NCBI GenBank assembly: GCA_964106915.2
Contig: OZ066920.1
DNA length: 64,000 nt
From: Podarcis gaigeae
Taxonomy: Eukaryota
Direction: 5' to 3' (one strand)
Position numbers and translations under genes: made by a program. The notes beneath the pieces are model-generated. The model saw only the letters and a program-made list of their open reading frames with translations, did not search any database and was not told where the DNA came from. Positions 39,916-54,036 of this stretch are shown here, in pieces; the first letter of the stretch is position 1; the number at the start of each line of letters is the position of its first letter.

Positions 39916-40033
39916 ATGTTGAGCTACAACTCACATCTTCCCTATACCTGCTTTATGGAGTTACAGCCATTGTGTTTGTATTTTAAACAATTTCCTTTTT
40001 CTCTCTTCATTTTTGGGATATTTTTCTTGGCAG

Positions 40034-41359
40034 GAAGACAGCGCTGATTTAAAGTGCCAGCTTCAGTTTGCCAAAGAAGAAACAGCATTGATGCGTAAGA
40101 AGATGGCCAAACTAGGCAGGGAGAAAGATGAACTGGAACAAGAACTTCAAAAGTACAAGTCTATCTATGGAGATGTGGAAAGCCCACTCCCTATAGGGGA
40201 AGCTGGAGGACCACCCAGCACAAGAGAAGCTGAACTGAAGCTTCGTCTGAAACTAGTAGAAGAGGAAGCTAACATTCTGGGGAGAAAATTAGTGGAGCTG
40301 GAGGTAGAAAACAGAGGTATTAAGGCTGAGATGGAGGATATGAGATGCCAGTATGAGAGAGCATGTTTAAGCCAGGACCATGTTTCAAGCATTCCTACCT
40401 CACCTTATGGTGACTCTCTGGAGTCAGCAGCAGAGCTTCGCCGTCATTTGCAGTTTGTAGAAGAAGAGGCAGAACTGCTGAGGAGATCGATCTCTGAAAT
40501 TGAAGATCATAATAAGCAGTTAACAAATGAATTAAATAAATTCAAAATCGAGCCTGGACAAGAGTCTGTCTGGCTTGATGAAAATGCTTCCAAGTGCAGT
40601 GGATCCTTACAAGAAGAGTTAAAATCTGCTCGAATTCAAATCAATGAACTGAGTGGGAAAGTGATGAAACTCCAGTATGAGAATCGTGTATTGATATCCA
40701 ATGTACAGCGCTATGATCTTGCCTCACATCTAGGCCTGAGGACTTCAAGCCCTAGGGACAGTGATGCTGAGAGTGATGCAGGGAAGAAAGAGTGTGACAA
40801 CGAAGAGGGCCATCTACCTCAACCAAAGAGAGAGGGACCCATTGGGGGTGAAAGTGACTCAGAAGATGTATATGAAAAGACATCGGGTTTTGGGAGTGGG
40901 AAGCCATCAGAAGTTAGTGATCTTTGTTCTGCTGAACTAACAAGGGCCAAAGAGGATACAGAGTCTTTGATCAGCATCAGGCGTGAGGCTGAAAGGCTTG
41001 AAAGAGCTGTTGACCGTCTCATCATTGACACGGATAGTTTAATATATGAATCAAAAGTGCACATAACCAGCAGTACTTCCTCTGAGCAAGGTCTGGAAAA
41101 AGATGAAGGAAAACCAGAGAGTAAGAATGAGCCGGAACTTTTGGATAATATTAATTCAAGAATGAAAAATTTCCAGAAAGAACTGCAAACTTTCCTAGAG
41201 AAGGTTGACAGTATTGGGGAAGGCCTCAAAGACCAAATGGAAGACCTTTCCCCTCTCCCTCACCTTACAGAATCCTCTAGTTTTCTCTCCACAATGACAT
41301 CTTTATCCCGAGACTCACCCATTGGTAACCAGGGAAAGGAGCTAATTTCAGATTTTCAG
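40034..41359 (+). CDS. MTCL1: MTCL1 large exon C (442 aa; two SOGA coiled-coil repeats)
   Basis: ttggcag|GAA and CAG|gtaggt; 1326 nt; [34 protein letters not shown] and [27 protein letters not shown] match MTCL1. Confidence 0.97.
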
Positions 41360-42052
41360 GTAGGTGGACTTCTTGTTTGTCACCTCACTTTTTTTTTTAA
41401 TTCTTTCCTGCTGCACTGGTGCTATTTTTACACATGGCTGCTTTGTTATGATTTTGAAATATAAATGATAAAACTTTTTTTTAGGTTTTTATCTTCTACT
41501 TTGCTACAGAGGCTGTTCCTCATGGCAAAAAAAGCTAACAGAAGCTAAAGGCATCTGAATCTTTTCATTTTCTCTGTCCTTGATCTGCTATATTCATGGC
41601 CGTTTTGTTCTGATGTCAAACTTTTTAAAAAAGTTACTGAGAGGCACCATCACAAAACATTTTCTTTTCATACGCCATTAGCAGCTTTGCTAATGAATGT
41701 GTAAATTACCTTTTCCCCTCCTGTTATTCTGATTCCTTAAATGAAATGTGTTCTCAAAAGGTCTTGCTAGACATAAAAATCCAAAATAAAATAAGATATT
41801 CTTGCAAAGCCTGCTTGCAGCTCTCTCACATAACCGAGGGGTGAGCAAAGAAGCACTGTAGCCAGCGAAGGACTGCCTTTCGTAACCCGTTTCCCCTGGG
41901 CTCATGTCTATACTGCCACAGCTGCCACACTGGATATGGCTTTTCTGCACAGCACAAGTAAGGATGGAAGAGCCTTGTATCCCCATATCCTCCATAACTT
42001 GTATGCTTGCTGTTGGTTTGACTCATGCATCCTCATTGCATGCGCCTCATAA

Positions 42053-42208
<156 letters not shown>

Positions 42209-42303
42209 TTTTTTCAGTCGTCTACCTTACCCATTTTTGTTTCTTTTATTTCCTCCTGTCCTTTGTTTTTTTGTGTTATCAACCCCACCCATGCACCTAA
42301 CAG

Positions 42304-42459
42304 TCCAAACTGAGGGATCAGATGGAGTGGCAGCGCAGCCAAGACCATGGAGACGAGAGAGAGAGTCATCATCAACGAGGCACCACCGAGCCACACTGCA
42401 GAGCTGATGGAGAATTTAAACTCTACAGGCCAGGAAACAAGGGTTGTTTCAGTCTAGAG
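42304..42459 (+). CDS. MTCL1: MTCL1 exon D (52 aa, SKLRDQMEWQ...GCFSLE)
   Basis: ctaacag|TCC and GAG|gttagc; 156 nt; matches recalled human SRLKEQLEWQ...TCFSLE. Confidence 0.92.
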
Positions 42460-45400
42460 GTTAGCACAGCCTATTAAAAAGCTCTTGCTGCCCTCAAAGG
42501 GACCAATAAGTGTTTGTCACAGAAGCTAAGGCAAAGTGGTGGGAAATAATTCATATGGGCTATTATGACCAACCACAACAACCCACAATGTTCGCTTAAA
42601 ACCTTCACCCTTAGACTTCTGTGATCCTAATGGCCACCCCTGATATACCTGTAACTGACCTGGAAAGAAACAGATAGCCAGAATGCCATGTGTGAAATGT
42701 GGGTGGTTGTTGTGTTGCTCACCTTGATGGCTTTGAAAAATCATTGGAAGTTAAATTATATACCTCAACACTATATCAAGCAATAGTCACTACATGGTTG
42801 CAGTGTAGTATGTTCCTTGTATTTCTCACCAACAAAACTTTCAGAAAGCCCATGTAATTTTTCCCATACTTGATAGCATATTAATAGTTGTGATTTTATG
42901 GACATGCTCCAAAATCCCCCACACAGAAGGGCTTCCTTTTTTTTCCCTTCTGTGAAGAACATCTCCCTAAACGTATAGAACTATTTCTTGTTGTATACAT
43001 CAACCACTTTCATTCCCTAGAACAACAATCAGCTTGCATACATAAGCATCATAAGTATGATGACTTGTATATTTATCCATAGATGATACATTGTGAGCTG
43101 TCACTGCTAATGGTTGCAAAAGCATTAGTTTCCATCATAGTCCATCTGGCTGTGTTCTGGAACCAGCCAAATTTGAATTCTTAATTGTGGGTATGTACAG
43201 ATGTTGAGTGGTGGTCTCTATAGAATAGCAGTCACTACATTTTGTTTAGATGTATGACTTTCATCCTGGATTGAGTTGACAGGAAACTGTTCCCAGTCCT
43301 TACTGGCTGAAAAGCAGTGATGCCACTAACCCAATTCTCTTCACCTTCTTCCAAAAGCAGTTTTAAAGTGTTTTAAACCTTTTAAAGAGGTTATGAATGT
43401 ATATTTGATTCCTTAAATTTACATGCAACATTTTAAAATTACAAAAGGCTAATTGCATGGAGGAAGTAGCAAGATAAGACAATTAAATCAGTGTTTGATT
43501 CACAGTCCAGCAAGTCTGTCAGATGCATTGCCTAGATTGGCAGGTGGGGAGGAAGATTTGAAATGTAGAGGAGGGAACAATGCAGCAAGCTTCAATTTGC
43601 ATGTATGTTTGTGCACAACATGTATTAACTTTTGTTGTGGTTCAGCCAGGCACAGAATGAATAGGCATAATCAGAATTAGGGAAATGAAAGAGGGCAATG
43701 AGAAATAAGCAGAGTTTGGAAGCATGTTGGTATTATGCTAAATAGTTTGCTCTAATGGCCTGTGTTGACATATTATTTTACAGACATATTATTTTGCAGT
43801 CTGTTTAGGGCCCAGACTTGCCAGCTCTGTACCAGATTCCTTCTTTAATGGATGAGCAAACATGCAGATGGGCATAGAGACATTAGACATTATGAATAAA
43901 TTTGGTCAGTGTATTAAAAAAAATATATCCAAGAGAATACGAATATGAAGTAAATGTTAGCCATTTATTTCAGACATGTATATGACACAATATTGCAAGA
44001 TGACATAAGATTTTTTGTTACAGGGTAGTCCTTTACAGGTAATAAAACCTGTACTTTAATCCATGGATCAAAAGTGTACAAAACACACCCGTTTGCCTGA
44101 GATAAGAGTTTGGGGGGTTTTGCAATCAGTTCTATGTTTTATCAAACTAAAGCCACGTCAACAACTGATCAAAATTTATACTGTACTATAATAAGCTGAC
44201 ATTAAATTTATATACAATGGCACAAAGTTTAGAGATCCCAGGAAGAGCATTAATTTGCCACTTTTTTGCCATTATAAAACAGGGAAACCACGGTTATTTG
44301 CATGTGGTGAAATTATTTTTGAGTGTTGATTTTAGACTTTGTGTTAACATAGTTTTGTTCATAACTATGGGCAATAAGCTATGAGGGCATTAACACTTGA
44401 CGAAGCCCATTGTTTATTCAGTCAGAAGGGAAAGCACTGGAGTTTTACTAGCCATATAAAGTGTTTTTAAAGCATGGAATGGTGATTATCCTTTGTGACT
44501 GTGGGAAAAATAGTCCACTTGCATTTAAAAGACGTGGATTAACAGAAGACTCTGAAAAAGAGTGGCTTCAAGATGTTAAAGTTTAACTAATCTGCATTAA
44601 GTGCTTCTTCAGAACTTTCCCTGAACGGTGGATCAGTTACTCCAATCTGCATTTGTGACTATGAGAACAGACCCATGAATTTATTTATTCTAGATTCATT
44701 AATCCTACCTCTTCTCCTTCATTGGCAGGGATATAGAAGATATCCCCGTTCATAGTAATTCGCCAATCTGTTGATACAAAATATATTTTAACTGAGCAAA
44801 ATTATATACATTGAAGATAGAAAATGGGAAGTAAACTGTTAAAGAATGATGTTGAAGATAGCACTATTTTGTTATCTTCCCCAAGTAGATGTGCCATTGA
44901 TGCTCTCCCAGATCAAAATGGCAAAAGGGAACTTTTTAGCTGCTTTGCTCTGGGAATAAATGTCTTTGCATTGGCCACTTAGGAAATCTGTAGATTTTTC
45001 ATCTTGTTGGATAGGGCATATAAATAACGGATAGGGGGACGTGAACCTCAGTTTGGTTTAAACTTGCTTTTTGAGTATAATTAAATTATTGATTTGATGC
45101 TATTTTTTCTTGCTATTGATGATATATATTTCTTTTTGCAAATAAAATAAAAATAGATGGAAGATAAAAAATTTCTAGGTCTGTTTTCCCACTGCAGATT
45201 ATTTTATACATAGTGTTGTGGTAGATTAATTGTTAGATGACAGACAATGTAAGTCTATTGTCTTTAATTTGGAACCACCCTCTAGTCTTAAGTTACTTTA
45301 AATTGCTGCCATTATTTGTACTGCACCAGTAGTTATTAGCATACAGTATTATTAGTAGGTAAACTCTTGGGTTAAGTATATGCTTTGAAAGAAACTTGTC

Positions 45401-48240
45401 TTTAAAAAAAAAGTCTTAAGAGCAGACTTCTTGTTTTCTTCATTAAAGCTAGTCATTCAACTAGTTCAGCACAGGGGAGGAGACAGACGCCTACTGAAAC
45501 ATTTCAACTCATTATTCACAGATAGAATAGAGCCCTGCTATTGTGCGAGAGAGAACTATATTTTTAAATCTTTAATATGAACAAACTATTGGCTCCGAGG
45601 AACTGTAAGCAGAAGGGAAATAACTAGTAGCACTGATTTAAAAAACCTTGGGCAAGTGCTAGAGTACGACTTCTTCTTTATTGCATTTATATACACTGTG
45701 CTGTATGATATGGATTCTGTAATAGTTCTCATCTTTTTTCTTGCAGAAGATTACATTTGGGTTTCATTTACAACACTCCAATGCAGGAGTAGGGCAACTG
45801 GGCTCAGCTGGCAGGCCAGGTCCCAACTCCCCACACCAGAGTGGCTCACAGGCCACTTTGACAGGTCAGTGGGTCTACCCACCTGTCAGTTACCTGACAT
45901 CAAAGGTCACGTGTTTCCCTAGGAAACATGTTTCTTGCCCATGTGGCAGGATTTCAAACTACACGGGCAAAGGAGGCATTTCCAGCAAGTGGTGATAAGC
46001 TAGTTGCCAATCACAGCAATCTCCACTTTGGGCAGGGAACTCCATAGTCCTGTCAACTCCAGCAGGGCTTTATGCCAGCTGATTGGCACTAACAGCAATC
46101 CTTGCTCCCAAACAACAATTGGGAGTGTACTTTAAGGTTCCAGATACCAAATATGAACACAGGAACCACCTTTGGATCCATAGCCAGTCATCCCACTTCA
46201 TAAATTGTCCTTTCACTGACTTGCTTTTTTCTCTTTCTTTGTGTCTTTTGAATTGTGAACCTGCTGTCTCAGAAAATACTTTAATTTGTTGGACAGAACT
46301 AAGTATTATTATAACATTGTTCATTAATGTGGAGCAAGCATGTTGCTTGTTCCACAAGCCCTAAGATGTTTGGAATTCCTAAACAAGCCCTCTGCCATTC
46401 TGCATGACAAATTACTTTTGAAACTGAAGGGAGTGTCACATAAACAGTTTTGTGAAATGGCAACAAGAAGAAAAATAGCACAGAACCAAAAAACAGGGCT
46501 ACTTGGTTCTGTTAGTGTGCCTTGGGATGGTATTTTCTCAAACAGAAATTTTCTCACACTGCACAGGAAGCAAATTGGGCAGGTTGTGGTTTTTAGCTTT
46601 AGAAAAAGGGACCAGAAAGTCAGAGTTAAGCAGCCTTTTTACTCATGTCCATCTTTTGCTAAGATAGAGCCTGTCCCAGGTGGCTTTGGGTTTCTAAAAA
46701 TAAAAAATAAAACTGCAGAGAAGAATATCACAAATCTCCTCATGGCATCCAGTTTGAGCCTTAGTTTTTTAAAATAAAAAATGGAGTAAAAGTTTTGCTC
46801 TACTGTTGGGTGAGTACCTACAGATTTTGAACAGAAATCCTCCTGTTCAAAACTATAATACTTTAACTTAGTATCCTGCTTCTTCTTATGGTCTTGCCAA
46901 TAAATATCTGATAGAATTGTGACCAAGGGGAATATCTTCATGGTTCCACCTTTCATCATTATACAGTGCTTTCAATTTTTGTCTCTCAAGTGCAGCTTAG
47001 ACAGGGCAAGGATGAATTTTGTTGAAACTTAATGGTTGGCCTTCACACATTAGATTCAATTCAGCCCAGTGGGCTGAAACGGCATGTAGCATGTTGTGAA
47101 CCAAGCATGAGAAAAGTGTAGTGAAATGAGAAACTCCTTTCCCTTGCCCTACCTTAGTGGTAGCAAAGAAAAGCACAAATGCCTTTTATCTAAATAAGAA
47201 ACAGTAAAGACATTTAGTCAAAATGGATGAATATATTGTTTTGTTATTTAATATGCTTGTATTGTAAGTAACAGTTTAGAACACAAGTATCTATAAATCA
47301 GAGTTGTTGTTTTGTTAACTTTCATTTTGTATCTGCGGGGAATTCTCTGTATAAAAGATGACATTGCACTGAGTTGAAACCTAAAATTTTTGAATTTCCC
47401 TCTTTTATGGTTTCAACTTTCATAGAATGTATTATATGAATATATGTTTTATTTCCAATGGCATATTTCATTAGACATTCCATAGCCTTTTCATTGTTGC
47501 ACAACCATCAGCTAATCTGTGTAGACATTCCCTTCTTGTGTTAGATTGTGTATGTATGTATTTGTATGTTTTCACCAATTAAATGGTTGCATGTGGATCT
47601 TGTAAATTCACTTTCAAGATAAGCTTGAAACATTTATGCAATCATTAGTAAAAACCCTAACAGCAAGAACAAATACTTTACATATGTGCCAGAGTGTGCA
47701 TGAAGCTGACAAAATAATAGTCTTGGAATACCCATTATAAAACCATTTTTGATACTCAAACTCTAAACACATTCAGGAAATGGTGCATAATATTGCTCAA
47801 CATCCCCAGTCATCATTTTAGCAAATGTGTCAGGTTTAGACTTGCTTGGCCCCAAATTACCTTTTATCATATTATTATATTTCATAAAGTGGAATGTTCT
47901 AAATTAGAGTTAGAATCTGGACTTTATTTTTAACTAAATGAAATATAGTTTATGTATAATACTTGGACTTATGAAGTAATATTGAATGGTAAGATAAAGT
48001 TGTATCAATTTTAGATGTGATTACTCTTAAGTATGTTCTGCCCTGTTTTCATATTGTGTTTTTTATTTTTAAAAGTATGTGTGAAAATTTAAACTCAGAT
48101 ATATATTTTGTGCATTTCTGAACATACTTTATCTTAAAATGCACATTTTAATTCATTTTGATACTTTTTTAAGGATAAAACTATAACATTAATATAAAAT
48201 AAGAGCATGGTATGCAGTACAATGTCAGTGAAAGCATAAT
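42460..48240 (+). other. Intron segment that may double as the long 3'UTR of the membrane-anchored isoform
   Basis: AT-rich and nearly free of recognisable TEs; several ATTAAA/AATAAA hexamers; right boundary is a guess. Confidence 0.35.
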
Positions 48241-51151
48241 ATGTTTACTCATTTATATTTGCAAACAGGGATTGGAACTGCTCATCTCTTTTTCTTTCCC
48301 CCAATACTTTCTTAGCTTTTCTTTTTTATTATTTGATGCATGTTTGAAATTGATTGAATGAAAGACAATTCTCAAAATAGTTGCACATGGGCTAAAAATG
48401 AATGCCATCCCCCCCCCCAAACCCAAAATGGCAACACTCTTCATCATTATTTGAATGTACATTAATTTGTGAGTCCAAGTGACCTTCCACCGGTTTCTTG
48501 TTTGTCTCTCTCTTGATTTTATGTATATCTCTTTTGATTTTCACTGTGCAGCAAGCTTACAAAATTCTATAGCTTTTGGAGAGTAAGAAACATACCTAGG
48601 TTTTCTTGTTATTCTAAAATCAGAAAGCGTTAGGAAAAGACTTTTCAGCAGTGATAACATGGAAACCAATCCCTCTTCCTAGTTAACTGTCCTAGTTAAA
48701 GGACTGTCTTAAGTTTGTTATGAATTTAGGAGGTGGGAGGACTTTTTTTTAAGTAAGCAAGCTTTGAAATTGAACAACAAATGTAAAAATGAATATCTGT
48801 AAATTAATGTTGAGTTTTCTAAAATGAATCTATGCATTATAACCTAATGCAGAGATCAATGCATTAGAACCTAATCTAGAAACTATAAGTGTAACAGCAT
48901 TCCCATTTGGCTGATTGGGACTAGAGAGTAGAAACCTTTTGCTATGCTGGTATGTTGTTAGGTGGATTGAGAGCAGGCAGTAGTGTAGTGTGGCCAGACT
49001 CAGGTCAGGTTTTTCCTATTTTCTTACCCCCCTACTCCCCGCCCATATCTTCCCAATAATGGATTGGTGCTGTGGATGTGGTGGGAGATGTAAAAATATT
49101 GATTCCAGCAGAAGTAACAGCAATTTCCCTGGATTGGGATGCCTGTGAGTTGTGTTGTTCTGCATTTGCATTATGTTCAACAGTGCTGTGGTAGACTCTA
49201 CTGTTCAATAGTCTGCATTGTATGAGTTTATTTTTCTGGGTCTGTGACTCTCCCCACCCCACCAACCCTTTTCCCTATGATGTAACCAGGTCATAATGGT
49301 GAATGTCGCCTCACCTGCATCAAATATATCATTAGTCAAAAGAGAGAAAGGGAATAATAGGGGTGAATAGAGTTATAAGAATGTATCGTTGCTTCAACAA
49401 TTCAGCTCTCATGACAAATCAGGAAACATATTGGTGTGAAATTCCCAGGATCCCTTAGAAGACTCTGTCCTCTGATGGTTAGGGGGTCAATCACTCAGCA
49501 GTTATGTTAAGTCTGGAGTCAAGTGGCTTAGAAAGTCTTCACCTGCCAGTGAAAGGACAACAAGGAGGAAGCAAGTCTAAATTATCCAGGAAGGGAGCTC
49601 CAAAGTCTGAGAGCAGCCACTCAGAAAGCCCTCTCCCATTTACGTGAATACATCCACACAATACAATATGGGGTGAGATATACTAACCTTAGTATCCACC
49701 CAGGCCAGAACACAGATAATTAAATGTAAACATATATTTAACTGGGAAACATAATAATCTGGAACAAGTAATATTAATAGTGCTAATAGCCTAAACTAAC
49801 ATACCGTTACAGTTATCCTAGGTCTCTATACTTTCATTTTTATTGCCATCTCATTCCCTCTCCTCTCTGTCCCTACAGAACTATCCTAACTCTTCACCTG
49901 CCATTCTCAGACATCATTTCCCACCTCACACCTACTGTGACTCACACTCTCTTCCAGTCCAACATTCTCTAAATGAAACTCCACCCATGGTAGTATAGAT
50001 TCTATTCATGTTGTGTATACAATAACACTGTAAACACCACAAATATTAGACTCATTGATGCTGAGACTTGCCAGTAGAAGTATTGTTTCCTCCAATTATC
50101 GTTGCTAATATCTAATAATGTGTTATATATTTATTTAGAAGATTTAAAAATTTTCTAAATTTTTTATAGTGAAACTGCCTTTCACTACAAAGTTATAGGA
50201 CAGATTACTACAATAGAAAATGCAATTATAAAACAAATAAAATCATTACAATTATAAAATACGCAAAACCCATTCCAAATGAGCAGAACAATATAAATTC
50301 AGCAAAATACTTTAATTAATTAATTAATTATTTAATTAATTAACTAGCTCTTCATTGTTTATTTATTAGACTGGGAGACTGGTATGCATGTTTCCCCTTC
50401 TCCTTAAAGGGCGCTTGAGGATCAGGCTCTCTAGAAATCTTTAGAGATGGGAATTGCTAATTAAAAGATTTTAGTCTTGTACTTTGTGTCTATTAAAGCT
50501 GTATTCAAGAAAGTTAACAACACTTCATTTAAAATGCAATAAACCTATGCATAAGCAGTTCACAGATTAGCCTCATTACTTGAAACTTTTACATTTTGCT
50601 GACATGGAACTCTCATGATAGGAGTCATTTGCATAGGGAAGCATAGTACACCTTATGTTATCTCCATCATAGTCATAACATGTTGCCCTAGCATAGCTTT
50701 ATGTACTTCAGTTACTTTTGGTGAGCAATGTTCATGTGTTGTGAGTATAGCATGCTCCTTTATTCATGTAGATTAACTTGTGCTTTCTAGATTTTTGATA
50801 CATCCTGTGGAAGCAAGACATTGTTTTCAGTGGAGCTTGCCTCCATGTTAGCACGCTTAAGTCAGATCTTCAGCTGGAGATAGGCAATACTTTTAAAGAG
50901 ATTTAAAAGTAGTTCCACTTCTCACAGTTGTGCATACGTGTTTGTCCTCATCACCTGTACAGTCAAACAGGGGTTTTTTTTGGGGGGGGGGGATATAAAA
51001 CCTGTAGACAAAAGCCAATGTAGAATGAGTGTACACACCACTAGCAGACATCCTACTTTCAAACCATATTCAGCTATCTCAAAAATACAATAATCTAGTT
51101 TTAACATGAGTTTAAGAGAACTCTGATATTTGGAGGTTTTTTTTGGAATAT

Positions 51152-51368
51152 TTATCCAATCTTAAGTCCTTGTGCCCCACAGGATTCCACTGGCACAGTG
51201 AAACTTCTTTTTCCTCCCCCCCCCCCCAAATCTGCTACAGAGGGTCTCCCGCCCTCCAAAGCCAATTTTGAGGGCACGCAATGGCTAGAGAGGACAGGAG
51301 AGGAGGCAGAAGTTCTGTTACATGCGCAGAAGTCCTTGGCACCAGTAGAGCTGCAATGGATATGGCCC
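51152..51368. repeat. Degenerate palindromic MITE-like repeat
   Basis: TATCCA...TGGATA inverted ends with CCACTGGCAC / GCACCAGTAG subterminal pairing; similar GC-rich cores near 8680-8780 and 18460-18680. Confidence 0.4.
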
Positions 51369-51706
51369 AGTAGTATCATCTGATTATTATTATTTTTACA
51401 AGTTGGCTGTATGTAGCTTTTTCCCCTTTGGCATTTTCCAAAATCAGAATACAACCACCAGTCTGCCCAAGCAACACAGAAATGCTGGAAAACAAGAAAT
51501 ATGGAGGGGGTTACATTTTCTGTATCTCCTCCTACCCAATTATTGACACATCTGAAGCAGCCAAGGATCCAGGCTGAGAACAGATTTTGCCCAAGGCTGC
51601 CAGGATTCTTACTTTAAATATATACTTGATTTAACATTTTAAATTTAATTATACTTTTACATTTGTTGCTCGAACGTGATGTTGGGCTGTGATTGATGAC
51701 ACGTAG

Positions 51707-51766
51707 AAATTTGGCTATTTGAAGTTCTGCAAATTCAAATTTGGCTATTTGAAATTCTGCAAATTA
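51707..51766. repeat. 30-bp tandem duplication
   Basis: AAATTTGGCTATTTGAAGTTCTGCAAATTC twice with two mismatches. Confidence 0.9.
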
Positions 51767-52246
51767 AAATCTAGATGCATGAATAATCTTGTTTTTTTAT
51801 CAATTGGACATTTTACTATCAAATAAAATAGAGCCCCTAAGAACATAAGTAACTTTTTGATGACCTCCATAACCTTCAAGTGACACACAGACTAGTAGAT
51901 ACCTAGTCTCTGATCCATATACAGTTTTTTCACAACATGTACACAGTCTGAGATGTGCATGTTATTATCAACAGTGCAAATGAGAAAAGGCCTGAAAGCC
52001 CTCTGTGTGTATCCTAATATGTGTATCCTAATATGGACACAGGGCACAGGTCTACATGTGCAGTTCCTGATCCAGCAATGGAATCTGTGTGCAGATTTTT
52101 CATTCATTTGGAATTAGATCTCACTGAATATGAACACAATGCATATTTGAAGTGTCTTTTCACTGTGTAGTTGTGTGTCTCAGTGATGTCTGTCCTGTAG
52201 TTCTGTCACACCTGTTAGAACCTTACTCCTTTGTCCTGCTGATCAG

Positions 52247-52369
52247 CTCAGGAACTGCCATGTTTTACCTGTACAGAATATATCGATTCAGGAGCTTCAG
52301 GCTCAACTTGAGCAAGAGGTGAAACTTCGCCAAGAGGAGCAAGAAACATTTACAGAAAAGATAATTCAG
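52247..52369 (+). CDS. MTCL1: MTCL1 exon E (41 aa, LRNCHVLPVQNISIQELQAQLEQEVKLRQEEQETFTEKIIQ), probably a cassette
   Basis: gatcag|CTC and CAG|gtaaat; 123 nt; matches the recalled human isoform segment LRGPPVLPEQSVSIEELQGQL...ETFTNKIHK. Confidence 0.85.
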
Positions 52370-53805
52370 GTAAATGCATAATGTGGTTGTTGGAAGAGAC
52401 CTTTGTCTGTTTTTCTGACTATCAGAAACTCCTTAGTTTGTGGTAAGAATTTAGAAGTTGCTTAAATATGTTTCAGTACTGTTTCATAGATAGTTTTGTT
52501 GTGGATTGGCAGACTTGTGGAAATACAATTAAGAGAAAATTAATTGGTGTTAACCGGAACTATAATTCTGGCTTTCAGTCATATTGCCAAGATGATAAAT
52601 CTCAAAGTTACAAGGATCTTTATAGATCCAGAGATATTGTATGCTGTAAGGCTCTGCAGTTTTCCTACTCTCTGTAGCCCAATTCTACCTCTTGAAAATG
52701 TTGTAAAACTCACATAGCCCAGGAATCTAATGAAAGGAATGGCCTCTGAAAACAGTATTATTATTTTTTGTAGGGTATGTTCTAGAACTATTTTTGTGCA
52801 TTAAAATTATCTAGTTTGTTATTGGGTCGAAATCAATTGACATGGAGATTTGGCCTCTGTTACATTTTTACTCCTTTCTTACAGCCAACTAAAATGCACA
52901 TGATTATGTCAATCAATATTTGTTAAAAGTAAATCCTTCAGGATCAAAAGTCAGGATAGGACTTAAATCACCTTTTTTCCCAAACAGAAACTTACCACAA
53001 AGTAGTTTTCTTTTTTTCTTTTCATTGTTTCATTGGTAATATTTGGCAGAGATAAAACAGATGTGAAAGTAGTAGACGTGACTGCGTGGCAAATATGCTT
53101 TCCTACTGAAGCATAAATATTCTAAAACATGGCAACTCTGAGATTGTGGACTGTTTTATTTCTTTATTTGCTGGTTAAATAGCCTGGGTAACCCCAGGCT
53201 ATTTATTTGGATATATGCAGATAGCATACAATAGTAGCCATGTTCTCCATCAATAGGATTTCTTCTGCTTCCAATGATGATTCCCTTATTGTTTTAGCAG
53301 CATTGGTCCTGGAAGGCAAGTAGCTCTCTCTCCTTAAGGCAGAGAAAGTAATATTTCAGAAAGGAGAAAGGGAGAGGAACGAGCTATAATTACTAAAGCC
53401 CTGGGTGTCTTATAATGACTAGTCAAAAATAAATTTAGCAAAGGCAATTCACATACAGCAGTAGCAGGGTCAGGGTCTTATGGTGAGCCTATTTATTGAA
53501 AGGATGCAGTGAAGAGAACATAGAGCATAAAAATGTTTATGCTGCACAAGTCTGATGCAGCTTGTTAAAGTAAATGAGCTGTGTATTTCCTCAGTAGATT
53601 ATTCACACACGCTTAATTAAATTAAGGCTACAGCCTGTGTTCTTCAGGTTCCTCAAAAATCAGATCTGCTGCCAAACACAGTTAGCTGATGATAATTAGA
53701 ATGAGCAACCTTGGTTTATCTTGCCCAGATTTTAAAAACACACACAAGAATGAACCCTCAAGGGCGATATCCTGTTGATGTTGTGCATGGTTGTTCTGTT
53801 CAAAG

Positions 53806-54036
53806 CTGGAAGAAGACCATCTGCAAAGCCTACGGAGGAAAGACTTGGAGGTGCAGAGCTTAACTTTGCAGAACAAATTGGAAGAGAAGACCTGGAGCCA
53901 GGAGAAAAACCTGATGCATCAAGAACTCAGGCATTTCAAGCAGAACACCTTTCTCCTCTATGCCAAACTGAAAGGGTTGCTGAAACAGTGGCGACAAGGC
54001 AAGAAATTGGAGGAGCAAGGAGAGGATGTTCTTAAG
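53806..54036 (+). CDS. MTCL1: MTCL1 exon F (77 aa, [12 protein letters not shown]...GEDVLK)
   Basis: gttcaaag|CTG (AAG acceptor) and AAG|gtaagt; 231 nt; [14 protein letters not shown] and WRQGK match MTCL1. Confidence 0.92.

Noticed and set aside
40165-41229. Antisense ORFs over exon C (and over the BovB and CR1 copies)
   Set aside because: Shadow frames of real coding sequence.
40034-41359. Calling the gene SOGA3/MTCL3 or SOGA1/MTCL2 because of the TM tail
   Set aside because: Diagnostic residues ([45 protein letters not shown]) and the downstream exons follow the recalled MTCL1 sequence.
41360-41464. Hydrophobic read-through tail after exon C ([13 protein letters not shown]...)
   Set aside because: It follows a good donor, reflects T-rich intron sequence, and has no recognisable homology.
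41821-41957. Longer exon from the acceptor at 41820 or 41865
   Set aside because: In-frame TGA at 41842, or a 92-nt length that shifts the frame.
46340-46777. 145-aa ORF in the intron after exon D
   Set aside because: Non-ATG start, no homology, and no supporting splice sites.
49281-49990. Possible LTR/ERV remnant
   Set aside because: Composition is suggestive, but I could not define termini or a TSD.
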